64,000 nucleotides of DNA from positions 32,001 to 96,000 of the forward strand of contig CAVRDX010000002.1 in assembly GCA_963719945.1 (NCBI GenBank), given 5' to 3'. This document shows positions 9,766 through 18,366 of this stretch, piece after piece. The stretch comes from an uncultured Thermoplasmata archaeon (GTDB lineage Archaea; Thermoplasmatota; Thermoplasmata; UBA10834). Every line of letters begins with the position of its first letter. Position 1 is the first letter of the stretch. The position numbers were made by a program, and so were the translations under genes. The notes below the pieces were generated by a model, which had not been told where the DNA came from, made no database searches, and saw only the letters and a list, made by a program, of their open reading frames with translations.

Positions 9766-11052
9766 ATGAAGGTGTTCTATATGAAACAGAGAAGCGCGCT
9801 CTGGAATCATCGCGATTTCCTCAATGTCTGGACCGCAGAGACGGTTTCGGTCTTTGGAAGTCAGTTCTATTTGCTGGCAATGCCACTCGCAGCAGTCATC
9901 GTGCTCGATGCGACAGCGACCGAGATGGGTATCCTGTTCGCGGTGGAGATGCTACCATTCCTCATCTTCGGTTTATTCGCAGGTGTATTGGCGGATAGGA
10001 TGAGCCGAAGGGCGATAATGATAGTCAGTGACATAGGAAGATCTGTCGCACTGGCGGCCATACCCATATCATGGTACTTCGACGCGATCACATGGCCATT
10101 GATGTATGGGGTGGCCTTTGTCGCAGGCGCGTTCACAGCGTTCTTCGACATCGCATATCAGGCATATCTACCGGTGCTCGTCAAACGGTCCGAACTCCTC
10201 GATGCCAATAGCAAACTCGAAACCAGCAGAGCATCGTCCCAGGTCGCGGGACCGAGCATAGCTGGGTTGGTGGTTGGTGCAATAGGAGCACCACTGGCCA
10301 TTGCAGCCAACTCCTTATCATTCCTAGGTTCTGCATTCTTTCTCTTCCGAGTGAAGAAGAGAGAGATCGTCCAAGAAGCGAGTGCTCAAAAATCTGTTTT
10401 CGCAGAGATCAAGGAAGGCCTCAACATCGTATTCTCCAATAAGATGCTGAGAGGCATAGCCGGATGCACGGCGACTGCGAACCTGTTCGGGAGCATGTCA
10501 TATGCTATCCTCATGCTGTTCATGGAGAGCACTCTGGAGCTCTCCCCGAGTTGGATCGGGGCGATATTCGCTGTGGGCGCATTGGGCTCAGTTGTAGGAG
10601 CTGTGGGCTCCTCGCGAATGGTCTCCGCACTCGGGCTTGGAAAGACGATAGTCATATCCGCTCTGCTGGGAGGCATTCCAACCATGCTGATCATCTTCGC
10701 GTACCCAGGAAACGCCCTCTTCGTGCTGATGCCGATCTGGTTCGTCAACGGGATCGTGTTCGTCATCTACAATGTGAACCAGGTAAGCCTGCGCCAGGCT
10801 ATCACTCCGGATAACCTGCAGGGGAAGATGAATGCCACAATGAGGTTCCTGGTCTGGGGAGTATTCCCGCTCGGCGGGCTTATCGGAGGAGTCCTTGGAG
10901 AAGCCGTCGGTCTCCGCACAACGATACTCATATCAGGAATTGGATTACTTGCATCCGTGGTCTGGGTTGCGTTCTCACCAGTGAGAAGCTTGAAGACGAT
11001 ACCAAAGAGTGTGAGGAGACTCAGGCGATCGGATGATATGCGGGCGAGCTAG
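9766..11052 (+). CDS. MFS transporter (DUF894/H+ antiporter-like)
   Basis: About 12 hydrophobic helices; motif A GVLADRMSRR; SLRQ..TPD.LQG.MNA. Confidence 0.9.
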   Translation: MKVFYMKQRSALWNHRDFLNVWTAETVSVFGSQFYLLAMPLAAVIVLDATATEMGILFAVEMLPFLIFGLFAGVLADRMSRRAIMIVSDIGRSVALAAIPISWYFDAITWPLMYGVAFVAGAFTAFFDIAYQAYLPVLVKRSELLDANSKLETSRASSQVAGPSIAGLVVGAIGAPLAIAANSLSFLGSAFFLFRVKKREIVQEASAQKSVFAEIKEGLNIVFSNKMLRGIAGCTATANLFGSMSYAILMLFMESTLELSPSWIGAIFAVGALGSVVGAVGSSRMVSALGLGKTIVISALLGGIPTMLIIFAYPGNALFVLMPIWFVNGIVFVIYNVNQVSLRQAITPDNLQGKMNATMRFLVWGVFPLGGLIGGVLGEAVGLRTTILISGIGLLASVVWVAFSPVRSLKTIPKSVRRLRRSDDMRAS

Positions 11053-11061
11053 GACTGCTAC

Positions 11062-11352
11062 TCAGGGTTGCTTTTGATGGATGACCTCGTTGATCCACTG
11101 CACGAGCTTCTTGTATGACTCCTCACCCTTGGGGGTGAGCGAGAGCCTCTCGTGTCCGTCATTCGATTCTTCGGAGGCGATCAGCCCCCGGTCGCACATC
11201 CACGAGGCGTATTTCCGGAAGATATCGTAGTTGACTCTTGATGCGATCTGGAGCCTTGTCTTCAGCATGGGCTTCTCCTCCTTCCAGAGTCTCTCGAGGA
11301 GCCGAGCTACCACATACAGATCCGGCTTTTCAAGGGTCTGGGGAGGATCCAT
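11062..11352 (-). CDS. Small archaeal winged-helix DNA-binding protein
   Basis: KTRLQ...RVNYD.F.KY..W....GLI...LTPKGE pattern. Confidence 0.7.
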   Translation of the reverse strand: MDPPQTLEKPDLYVVARLLERLWKEEKPMLKTRLQIASRVNYDIFRKYASWMCDRGLIASEESNDGHERLSLTPKGEESYKKLVQWINEVIHQKQP

Positions 11353-11355
11353 CGG

Positions 11356-13191
11356 TCATACGCCCCTAAGATATCTCTCCATCTCCGTCTTCAGTGTCTG
11401 GAGTCGTCCGATCTGGTCAGTCATCGTAGCCTTGTCCTCCGCCTCTTGGCGCTTCCTCCACCAGAGGTACATGAACACAGCTAGCAAGCCACATATCGCA
11501 GACAATGCAAGGAACACAGAGGCGTAGTCGGAACCACGTGATAGCTGGATGATTCCAATCATCCCAGCACCGACGGCATAGAATGAGAGGAAGAATATGA
11601 GCAACCAGTGGCCTGGCTTCCCGAACATGCCACTCTTTCGTCTCAGCCTAAGCCACTTCGGCATCTCCCCGTACGATTCCGCGATGAGCTCGAACGAGGA
11701 GCCTTCATCGTCTGCCGGCAGCATACCTGAAACCTCCCTCGAGAGCGCGACCGCGAGTCTCGAGGTCCAAGCCTTTAGTTCGTTGATTATCGGTCCTAGT
11801 TTCCTGGCGACCAAAAACCAATAGACGAACGAGGCTACAGCGCCAACCATCAGGCTGAAGAACAATCTGTACATCAACGATAACTCGTATTCCATGTTCC
11901 GCCAGACAAACGAGTTGATTTGAGCGAATGCGATTGCAGAGACAATCAGCATCACCAGGATCCATGCATTGTATTTCGCCCTTGTGGCCTCATAGGCCTC
12001 CGCTGAGATCCGCTTGCCCTCGGATAGACCCGCCACTAACAGCATCCTTGTTTCCGACACCTCATCCTTACGATCAAGCACTGGCAACTGGAACAGCCTC
12101 GGCAGGACCCGATCGCTGGCGAACGCGGACGACCTGTAGAGCATGAACAGCGCAATGACCAAAGGCATCGGAGGAATCATGGTCGCCAAATACGCGGCAA
12201 CTAGCAGGACCAACAGTCCCCTCGACGTGCTTGCGGCGCGAAAGGATAATAGTGTCCCTTCGGGCACGGCTCTCGCAAAGACTTTGATCGCCGAGGTAGA
12301 CGATATCCGGATCGTGCGCTGCAGCAGATTCCCGGAAACCCTGTAGCCCGATAATTGGAGTCTGTGGGTAAGATTGGAGAGCACGATATCCGGATCGCCG
12401 TCCACGATCGAGAGTCTGAACCTCAAGGTGAATACGATCGCGGTGCATACCACAGAAGCAAGCGACAATCGAAGCCCCCAGCCGAATGCGCTGAATGGGA
12501 TCTTCCCATCAATCAGAGCATATTCGAGAGAGCCTACGATGATCACGATTGCAGCTACGAGAGTGACCAGCCCTGCCATTGCAAGAACGGCCTTTCGTCT
12601 CTCGGTCATCCCTATACGAGACGAGGCCTGCCCAGTGTCTTTGCTTCTCAGAGATGCGGAGTTCCTTTCGATTGCATAACCGACGGCCATCGCCATGCCC
12701 AGTAAGATCCCGGCCACTGGAAAGCTGAAGGAGACGCTGGCCTTTGATGTGAGCTGCAGGATCGCCGGCTCCGTCCCTTCGTTGACGTACACAAAGTACG
12801 TCTCCCACATGGTACCTCCGCCACCCATGCCTCCACCGCTGCCTTCGCTCAGCATCCTTGATTCTATACAATCATAGCTCCATCCCTCCTGGAACCTATA
12901 GAAGTTGATTCTGTCGAGCATAAGGAAGCGTATCTCTGACCCGCTCATCACGGAATATTGATGTTCCATCTCCCCAAGGCCATATAGGCCGAAATGAATA
13001 GCATGGTAAGACAACGGTTCGATAACTATCGTTTCGGAGTCGATGCGCTCCGGGAAGATGGTTGCAGACACGAATATCGTGCTCACAAGTATTGCGACGA
13101 TTACAAACGCGAAAACTGAACGATTCACCCTCTCAGGCCATCTGGGCTTGGGCACGCTATCCGTGGTAGCCGAAGCTGTCCCCCCATTCAT
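11356..13191 (-). CDS. Polytopic membrane protein of unknown function
   Basis: Multiple TM segments; GGTGA RBS before ATG 13191; 3 nt upstream of the wHTH gene. Confidence 0.7.
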   Translation of the reverse strand: MNGGTASATTDSVPKPRWPERVNRSVFAFVIVAILVSTIFVSATIFPERIDSETIVIEPLSYHAIHFGLYGLGEMEHQYSVMSGSEIRFLMLDRINFYRFQEGWSYDCIESRMLSEGSGGGMGGGGTMWETYFVYVNEGTEPAILQLTSKASVSFSFPVAGILLGMAMAVGYAIERNSASLRSKDTGQASSRIGMTERRKAVLAMAGLVTLVAAIVIIVGSLEYALIDGKIPFSAFGWGLRLSLASVVCTAIVFTLRFRLSIVDGDPDIVLSNLTHRLQLSGYRVSGNLLQRTIRISSTSAIKVFARAVPEGTLLSFRAASTSRGLLVLLVAAYLATMIPPMPLVIALFMLYRSSAFASDRVLPRLFQLPVLDRKDEVSETRMLLVAGLSEGKRISAEAYEATRAKYNAWILVMLIVSAIAFAQINSFVWRNMEYELSLMYRLFFSLMVGAVASFVYWFLVARKLGPIINELKAWTSRLAVALSREVSGMLPADDEGSSFELIAESYGEMPKWLRLRRKSGMFGKPGHWLLIFFLSFYAVGAGMIGIIQLSRGSDYASVFLALSAICGLLAVFMYLWWRKRQEAEDKATMTDQIGRLQTLKTEMERYLRGV

Positions 13192-13369
13192 CGAGTCACC
13201 GCACATGAACCAAGGCTTGTGGTTAGATAAGGGTTACTCCTTGGCGGTGTGTCTGTGGGCGTTCTCCCAATGCTATTCGCCCGATTTTGCAGGTCGTAGC
13301 CAGTCCTCGACCAATCCCCGCCAACCACACTTCAATCAGATACATAGGGATTATGTACCGCTGATAGAA

Positions 13370-14521
13370 ATGATAGCTATAATGAGAAGCTCGGTCATGA
13401 TATCGATCGGCTTATTCGTAGCCGTCAATCTAGCTATCATCGGGGGCTTTAATTTCATCGCTTACGGTCATGCAGAGGACACGGAACCCGAGGTCGAATT
13501 GGTCCCTGAGCCCTGGGTTCACGAGACTCACGAGTTCAATGTATCAGGAGAGATAGATGGCACTCCCACCGACGAATTCTTTGTCAACGAGAAGTGGTCG
13601 ATCGAAGTGCGCCACGGGGACGTGATGACACTCATCATGGCCAGAACCATAACTCAGGATAATGTCGCATCCGTGGATTACACGAACAACATTCATTATT
13701 ACATTGAGGGAAAGCTGTACATAGCTCAATTCATGATCATGGAGTTGGTGTTCAAGATCAGGAGCTATGAAATACATGCGCCCCTGAGCACCTGCAGCGG
13801 TTTTAATTTGGAATATTCACCAACAGTGTATGACGGCACAGTGCCGACCCTCGACTGTAACATCACCTATGAGGGCATCCAGGTCTATTCCGTTGAATCG
13901 TTCCCTATCGGATCGGATGTCTCCACGGTCGATCTGACCTTGGTGCATCACATCAGAGGAGATTGGAACAATACACACATCAAGATCGAAGCATTGCTGG
14001 ATTTCAGCAACACCATGTTCTTCAATCCGGACGACGACCACATAGAGTTCGACGCAGGCGAACCTTTCACCGCGGAGATCAGTTACATGATGATGCTCGC
14101 GAACCCCGAGGATTTTCGCACCATAGGGCCCGTCATTCCATCGGGCTACGCGAACAATACCCTTGAGTATAACTTGACTCTTGATGATGGGACTCCTCTG
14201 ACCGTGTCGAAATTGGACATGAGGGACACCTTCACGATCTATAACGCGAGCGGTTCCCATGACTCGACAGGGTATTCATCCATGGAGGTATACGGCGGAC
14301 AAGCCCACGTCACCCATGGATTCCCGAACCTGACATACAAAGACACCAAATCAATGAAGAGCGACCCGGAGATCACCATATTCCATAATTGGGTCACAGA
14401 GAACGATTATTCTTCGACTGAGGGGACGACTCTTTGGATATTGATACCAGTGATAGCTGGTATCGCAGCGGTTGGCATAGGCATCTTCCTTTACAGGAGA
14501 AGGGGCCACGTATCGGAATAG
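13370..14521 (+). CDS. Secreted protein with C-terminal membrane anchor
   Basis: Signal peptide from 13370/13382; acidic beta-rich body; C-terminal TM followed by RRR. Confidence 0.7.
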   Translation: MIAIMRSSVMISIGLFVAVNLAIIGGFNFIAYGHAEDTEPEVELVPEPWVHETHEFNVSGEIDGTPTDEFFVNEKWSIEVRHGDVMTLIMARTITQDNVASVDYTNNIHYYIEGKLYIAQFMIMELVFKIRSYEIHAPLSTCSGFNLEYSPTVYDGTVPTLDCNITYEGIQVYSVESFPIGSDVSTVDLTLVHHIRGDWNNTHIKIEALLDFSNTMFFNPDDDHIEFDAGEPFTAEISYMMMLANPEDFRTIGPVIPSGYANNTLEYNLTLDDGTPLTVSKLDMRDTFTIYNASGSHDSTGYSSMEVYGGQAHVTHGFPNLTYKDTKSMKSDPEITIFHNWVTENDYSSTEGTTLWILIPVIAGIAAVGIGIFLYRRRGHVSE

Positions 14522-14630
14522 AATCTCGATTCCTATCCAGTCAGTCAAATGAACTTGTCGTCTATACCTGTAGTCTCATCACGAAATAGCTGGCGCAAAT
14601 AGTAAAATATTCTAGATACAATCTCGAGAC

Positions 14631-15281
14631 ATGGTTCGGGCATCAAGGAAGGGTGATGGAGGCGGGCAGCGCAGGCCTGTCAGAGGTGGTGTCGCACTCG
14701 CCATCCTTGTCATCATCGGTCTCATCGTCTTCTTCCTTTTTGGCGGAGAGCACGGCTATATGCATGCAGATGGCCCTCTCGCCAGTGCACTAGTGTTCGT
14801 CTTCGTTCCAAAGGCTCTGATTCTGGAAGATGATGCCAGTATTGGTCTCTATGCATTCTTTGTGGCATGCACGTTAATTGCGCTGGTGAGCGCGTTCTAT
14901 GCAGTCACCAGGAAAGAATGGACTCTGGCATGGATCTGTTCGCTATTCGGTACTGCTTTCGGCCCATTCACACTTGTGCCAATCTTGATGATTGGCACTT
15001 CGGACATATTCTTCCAGCATGATTCAATATCGGATAGACTCCAAAATCGCAAGGTGGGTCAATTCGTGAGAAAGGACCCGTTTCTAGGTGTAATTGCAGC
15101 AGTCGCTGTTGCCTTCCTTGGTGGAACATCCCTGGTTGTGATACTGGACTCCCTAACGAACAACCTAGCCCTGTCGATTCTGATTCAAGTCGGCATTCTG
15201 ATATTGATATTCTGGTCGGTCACTTTTGTGCGCTCGATAATCGATCAGAGGAAGAAAGCGATCATTTTAGAATCGGATTGA
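14631..15281 (+). CDS. Hypothetical integral membrane protein
   Basis: About 6 hydrophobic segments. Confidence 0.65.
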   Translation: MVRASRKGDGGGQRRPVRGGVALAILVIIGLIVFFLFGGEHGYMHADGPLASALVFVFVPKALILEDDASIGLYAFFVACTLIALVSAFYAVTRKEWTLAWICSLFGTAFGPFTLVPILMIGTSDIFFQHDSISDRLQNRKVGQFVRKDPFLGVIAAVAVAFLGGTSLVVILDSLTNNLALSILIQVGILILIFWSVTFVRSIIDQRKKAIILESD

Positions 15282-15346
15282 TTCGGTGAATGCTACCAAC
15301 GAAGGTCAAATAACCTATCATACGCTTCTGTGCTACGGTCGGTCAG

Positions 15347-16315
15347 ATGTCACCTGTCGAACTGTCCGGTGTCCACATCCTGCTAACCTACAAGTGCCTC
15401 TACGAATGCGACCATTGCTTCGTCTGGAGCAGCCCACGCTCGCAGGGCACGATGACCCTTGCCCAGCTCGAAGACGTCATAAGGCAGGCACATGAGATTC
15501 CTTCCGTGAAGCGCGTGTACTTCGAGGGTGGGGAACCATTCATATTCTATCCCCTCCTGCGCAGAGGAATCCAGCTCGCAAGGAAGCTCTCCCTCGAAGT
15601 CGGTGTGGTAACAAACGCATACTTCGCCACGGATGATGGTGCGGCTGACCTTTGGCTCAGACCATTGGCGGAGATGGGGATCTCTGATCTCAGCCTCAGC
15701 ACGGATGTTCATCACGGCATCGGGGAAGAGAAGGAGATGGTGCAAAGGGCGAAGAAAGCTGCTGAGAGGCTCGGGATACCAGTTGGGGTAATAGAGATCG
15801 AGGACGTCGAACAGTTCTCTTGCTCTGCACCTAGAGATGAATCGAAAGGGCAGCTCTGCTTCAGAGGCAGGGCGGCGGTAAAGCTTGCGGGAAATGTCAA
15901 GAAGAAACCATGGAAGACCTTCGATACCTGCCCCGAGGAGCCTCCGGCAATCGGCAGAGTCCATGTCGACCCCTACGGTAATGTGCTGTTCTGTCAAGGG
16001 ATATCCATCGGCAATGCATGGAAGAAGCCACTAAAGAGGATCATGTCGGAGCTGGATGCTCGGAAACATCCGATCATCGGTCCGTTGATTGAAGGCGGAC
16101 CTGCGAGGTTAGCCAAACAATTCGATGTGAAGCCAAAAAGAACGTACGCGGACGAGTGTCACATGTGCTATGAGGTCAGATGTGCACTGAGGGAGAGACG
16201 GGCAGTCAGGGAGATCTTGCTGCCGGACCAGCTGTACGGCGTGACATCTGAGGATGCTTTGCAGCCCGAGTTCTCCAAAAGGACAAGGACTTCTCTGAAG
16301 AAGAGGCAAGGATAG
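15347..16315 (+). CDS. Radical SAM protein
   Basis: CLYECDHC (CxxxCxxC), EGGEPF; C-terminal VDPYGNVLFC and ECHMC. Confidence 0.88.
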   Translation: MSPVELSGVHILLTYKCLYECDHCFVWSSPRSQGTMTLAQLEDVIRQAHEIPSVKRVYFEGGEPFIFYPLLRRGIQLARKLSLEVGVVTNAYFATDDGAADLWLRPLAEMGISDLSLSTDVHHGIGEEKEMVQRAKKAAERLGIPVGVIEIEDVEQFSCSAPRDESKGQLCFRGRAAVKLAGNVKKKPWKTFDTCPEEPPAIGRVHVDPYGNVLFCQGISIGNAWKKPLKRIMSELDARKHPIIGPLIEGGPARLAKQFDVKPKRTYADECHMCYEVRCALRERRAVREILLPDQLYGVTSEDALQPEFSKRTRTSLKKRQG

Positions 16316-16362
16316 ATTCGCAAGAGTCTTTTTGTAAGCCAACCACAATTCAGCCGCCAGGG

Positions 16363-17835
16363 TTGTTGTCAGTGAAAGGGATCAAGCTCAATCAGAACTC
16401 AAGACTGAAAGTCTTGACCGATGACCAGATCGATGCTATACACGACGCCACCCTGAAAATCCTTGAGAGGACAGGTATCAGGTACGACAGCGAAGATGCC
16501 AGGAAGAGGCTTTTGGATGCAGGCGCTGCGAACCATCCCACGAGGAAAGGAGTCATCACATTCCCGAGATCCATGGTCGAGGACGCCATTAGCAAGGTCA
16601 CTCATCGCAACATGTATCCTGCTCGAGACAAGAGATGGGACATCGAGTTCGATGGCGAGCACATGTTCCCGTACGCAGGCGGAGGAGACCCGAAGATAAT
16701 AGATCTGGGGACAGGCCAAGTGAGACACTCGACCTATAACGATATCGAGATGGCAGCCAAACTCGGCGACTCACTCGAGAACAACAACTTCGCATCCAGC
16801 CTGGTGATGGCGAATGATGTCCCGCCTGAGCTGCTGGTCCTGAAGACCGTCGAGGCAGCTATGAAGAACACGGGAAAGGCGGTCACTGCATATGCCCCCG
16901 ACAAGGAAACGGTCGATTACCTTGTGAAGATGTGGGCATGCGTATCTGGAGGAACCGAGGAGCTCCGGAAGAGACCTCTGTTCAGCCTCGGCGGGTCCCC
17001 GAGCAGCCCGCTCACATACTCGGAGCACACCTGCGATGTGTTGCTTCGAAGCGTCGAGCACGGTATCCCGTTCTCCGCCCTTCCCTGCCCTATCTGCGGG
17101 GAGACGGGACCTATGACTCTGGGCGGCGCATTGGCGCAGCAGAATGCTGAACAACTAGGTGGCATCATGCTCATGCAGACGGTGACCACGAGCCTGCCCA
17201 CATACTACTCCGGAAGGGTATGCGTCATGGATCCTCGTTCAGGAAGGGACCTTTGGGGGGTCCCTGAAGAAGCACTCTTGTCTGCGGCCATAGTACAAAT
17301 CGCTCGCAGGTACGGGATGGTGGCAGACACCAACGGTATGTCATCCGACATCACCAGATGGGACATGCAGATGGGGTTCGAACAGATGATGACCGGTCTG
17401 ATACCGGCCCTGGCAGGTGCGGACAGCATATCCGGCCTCGGCAGCGGGTGGGCGAGTGCCAGCAGTCTCGAGATGATGGTCATAAACAACGAGGTCTTCA
17501 ACGATATCGCGAGGATACTCAACGGCATCCGTATCGACGAAGGGAGCCTTGCGATAGACCTGATAGATAAGGTTGGAACCATGGGCAGCTTCCTGGCAGA
17601 ACCTCACACCATGGAGAGCATCCGCGATGGAGAAGTACGCATCTCGTCGCTCTGGGACAAACGGAGTTCAGATAAAGTCACCAAGGAAGGCTTCAAGCCG
17701 ATCCAGGAAACTGCAAGAGACGTTGTGCGGAGACGACTCGAGGACCACGAACCGGAGCCATTGGATAGGGATGTGGTGAACGGGATAGATCAAGTCATCA
17801 AAGAAGCTGCCAGAACATTTCTAGGGAGATCGTAG
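16363..17835 (+). CDS. mttB: Trimethylamine methyltransferase MttB superfamily, non-pyrrolysine member
   Basis: LTDDQIDAIHDATLKILERTGI, TGPMTLGGALAQQNAE.LGGI, GSFLAEPHT motifs; no in-frame amber codon. Confidence 0.88.
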   Translation: MLSVKGIKLNQNSRLKVLTDDQIDAIHDATLKILERTGIRYDSEDARKRLLDAGAANHPTRKGVITFPRSMVEDAISKVTHRNMYPARDKRWDIEFDGEHMFPYAGGGDPKIIDLGTGQVRHSTYNDIEMAAKLGDSLENNNFASSLVMANDVPPELLVLKTVEAAMKNTGKAVTAYAPDKETVDYLVKMWACVSGGTEELRKRPLFSLGGSPSSPLTYSEHTCDVLLRSVEHGIPFSALPCPICGETGPMTLGGALAQQNAEQLGGIMLMQTVTTSLPTYYSGRVCVMDPRSGRDLWGVPEEALLSAAIVQIARRYGMVADTNGMSSDITRWDMQMGFEQMMTGLIPALAGADSISGLGSGWASASSLEMMVINNEVFNDIARILNGIRIDEGSLAIDLIDKVGTMGSFLAEPHTMESIRDGEVRISSLWDKRSSDKVTKEGFKPIQETARDVVRRRLEDHEPEPLDRDVVNGIDQVIKEAARTFLGRS

Positions 17836-17981
17836 ACCGTCCATTCGATTGCATTAACGAACGCCTTCCCAATCCATGAAGGATGGGCAAACCAGTATGA
17901 TATTGCTCATCGTGATGCACTGGGCTTCCCTCGGCAAGGTTATAAGTGGCCAAAGTGAAATCATCCTCGTCAGGGTCTGGA

Positions 17982-18350
17982 ATGAACAAGCTAGTGGGGG
18001 CTTTGGTGACATTCGCCGGGATATGCCTGGTGATCCTCGGCGCTATTTTCATCATAGCGTGGAGCGTCGAGAATGCGATCGCTGGAGGCATGATGGTACT
18101 GATAGGCGTGGGCCTCATGTACTACATGTACAGGGTCGAGAAGATCGAGGCCGCAAAACCTCAACTCGTGTCTCAGACATTCAATGTCAAGATGTCTGGT
18201 TCAGGCGAGATGGCCCCGAAGGACATGATATGCAAATCATGTGGCGCGCCGATCACCGAGAAGAACTTGAAGGTCATCCAGGGCGGACTCATGGCCACAT
18301 GCCCGTACTGTGGCGCCGTGTTCGCGCTGCAGGAAGCTCCGAAGTGGTGA
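17982..18350 (+). CDS. Small 2-TM membrane protein with C-terminal zinc ribbon
   Basis: Two TM helices then CKSCGA...CPYCG, ending EAPKW; TTATAA at 17940-17945 upstream. Alternative GTG start at 17946. Confidence 0.8.
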   Translation: MNKLVGALVTFAGICLVILGAIFIIAWSVENAIAGGMMVLIGVGLMYYMYRVEKIEAAKPQLVSQTFNVKMSGSGEMAPKDMICKSCGAPITEKNLKVIQGGLMATCPYCGAVFALQEAPKW

Positions 18351-18366
18351 TATCATCATATCTACC

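Noticed and set aside
13043-13369. Long N-terminal extension of ORF 13043-14521
   Set aside because: Overlaps the divergent gene on the opposite strand; the signal peptide begins at about 13370.
16363-17835. Pyrrolysine read-through in MttB
   Set aside because: ORF is full length with no internal TAG.
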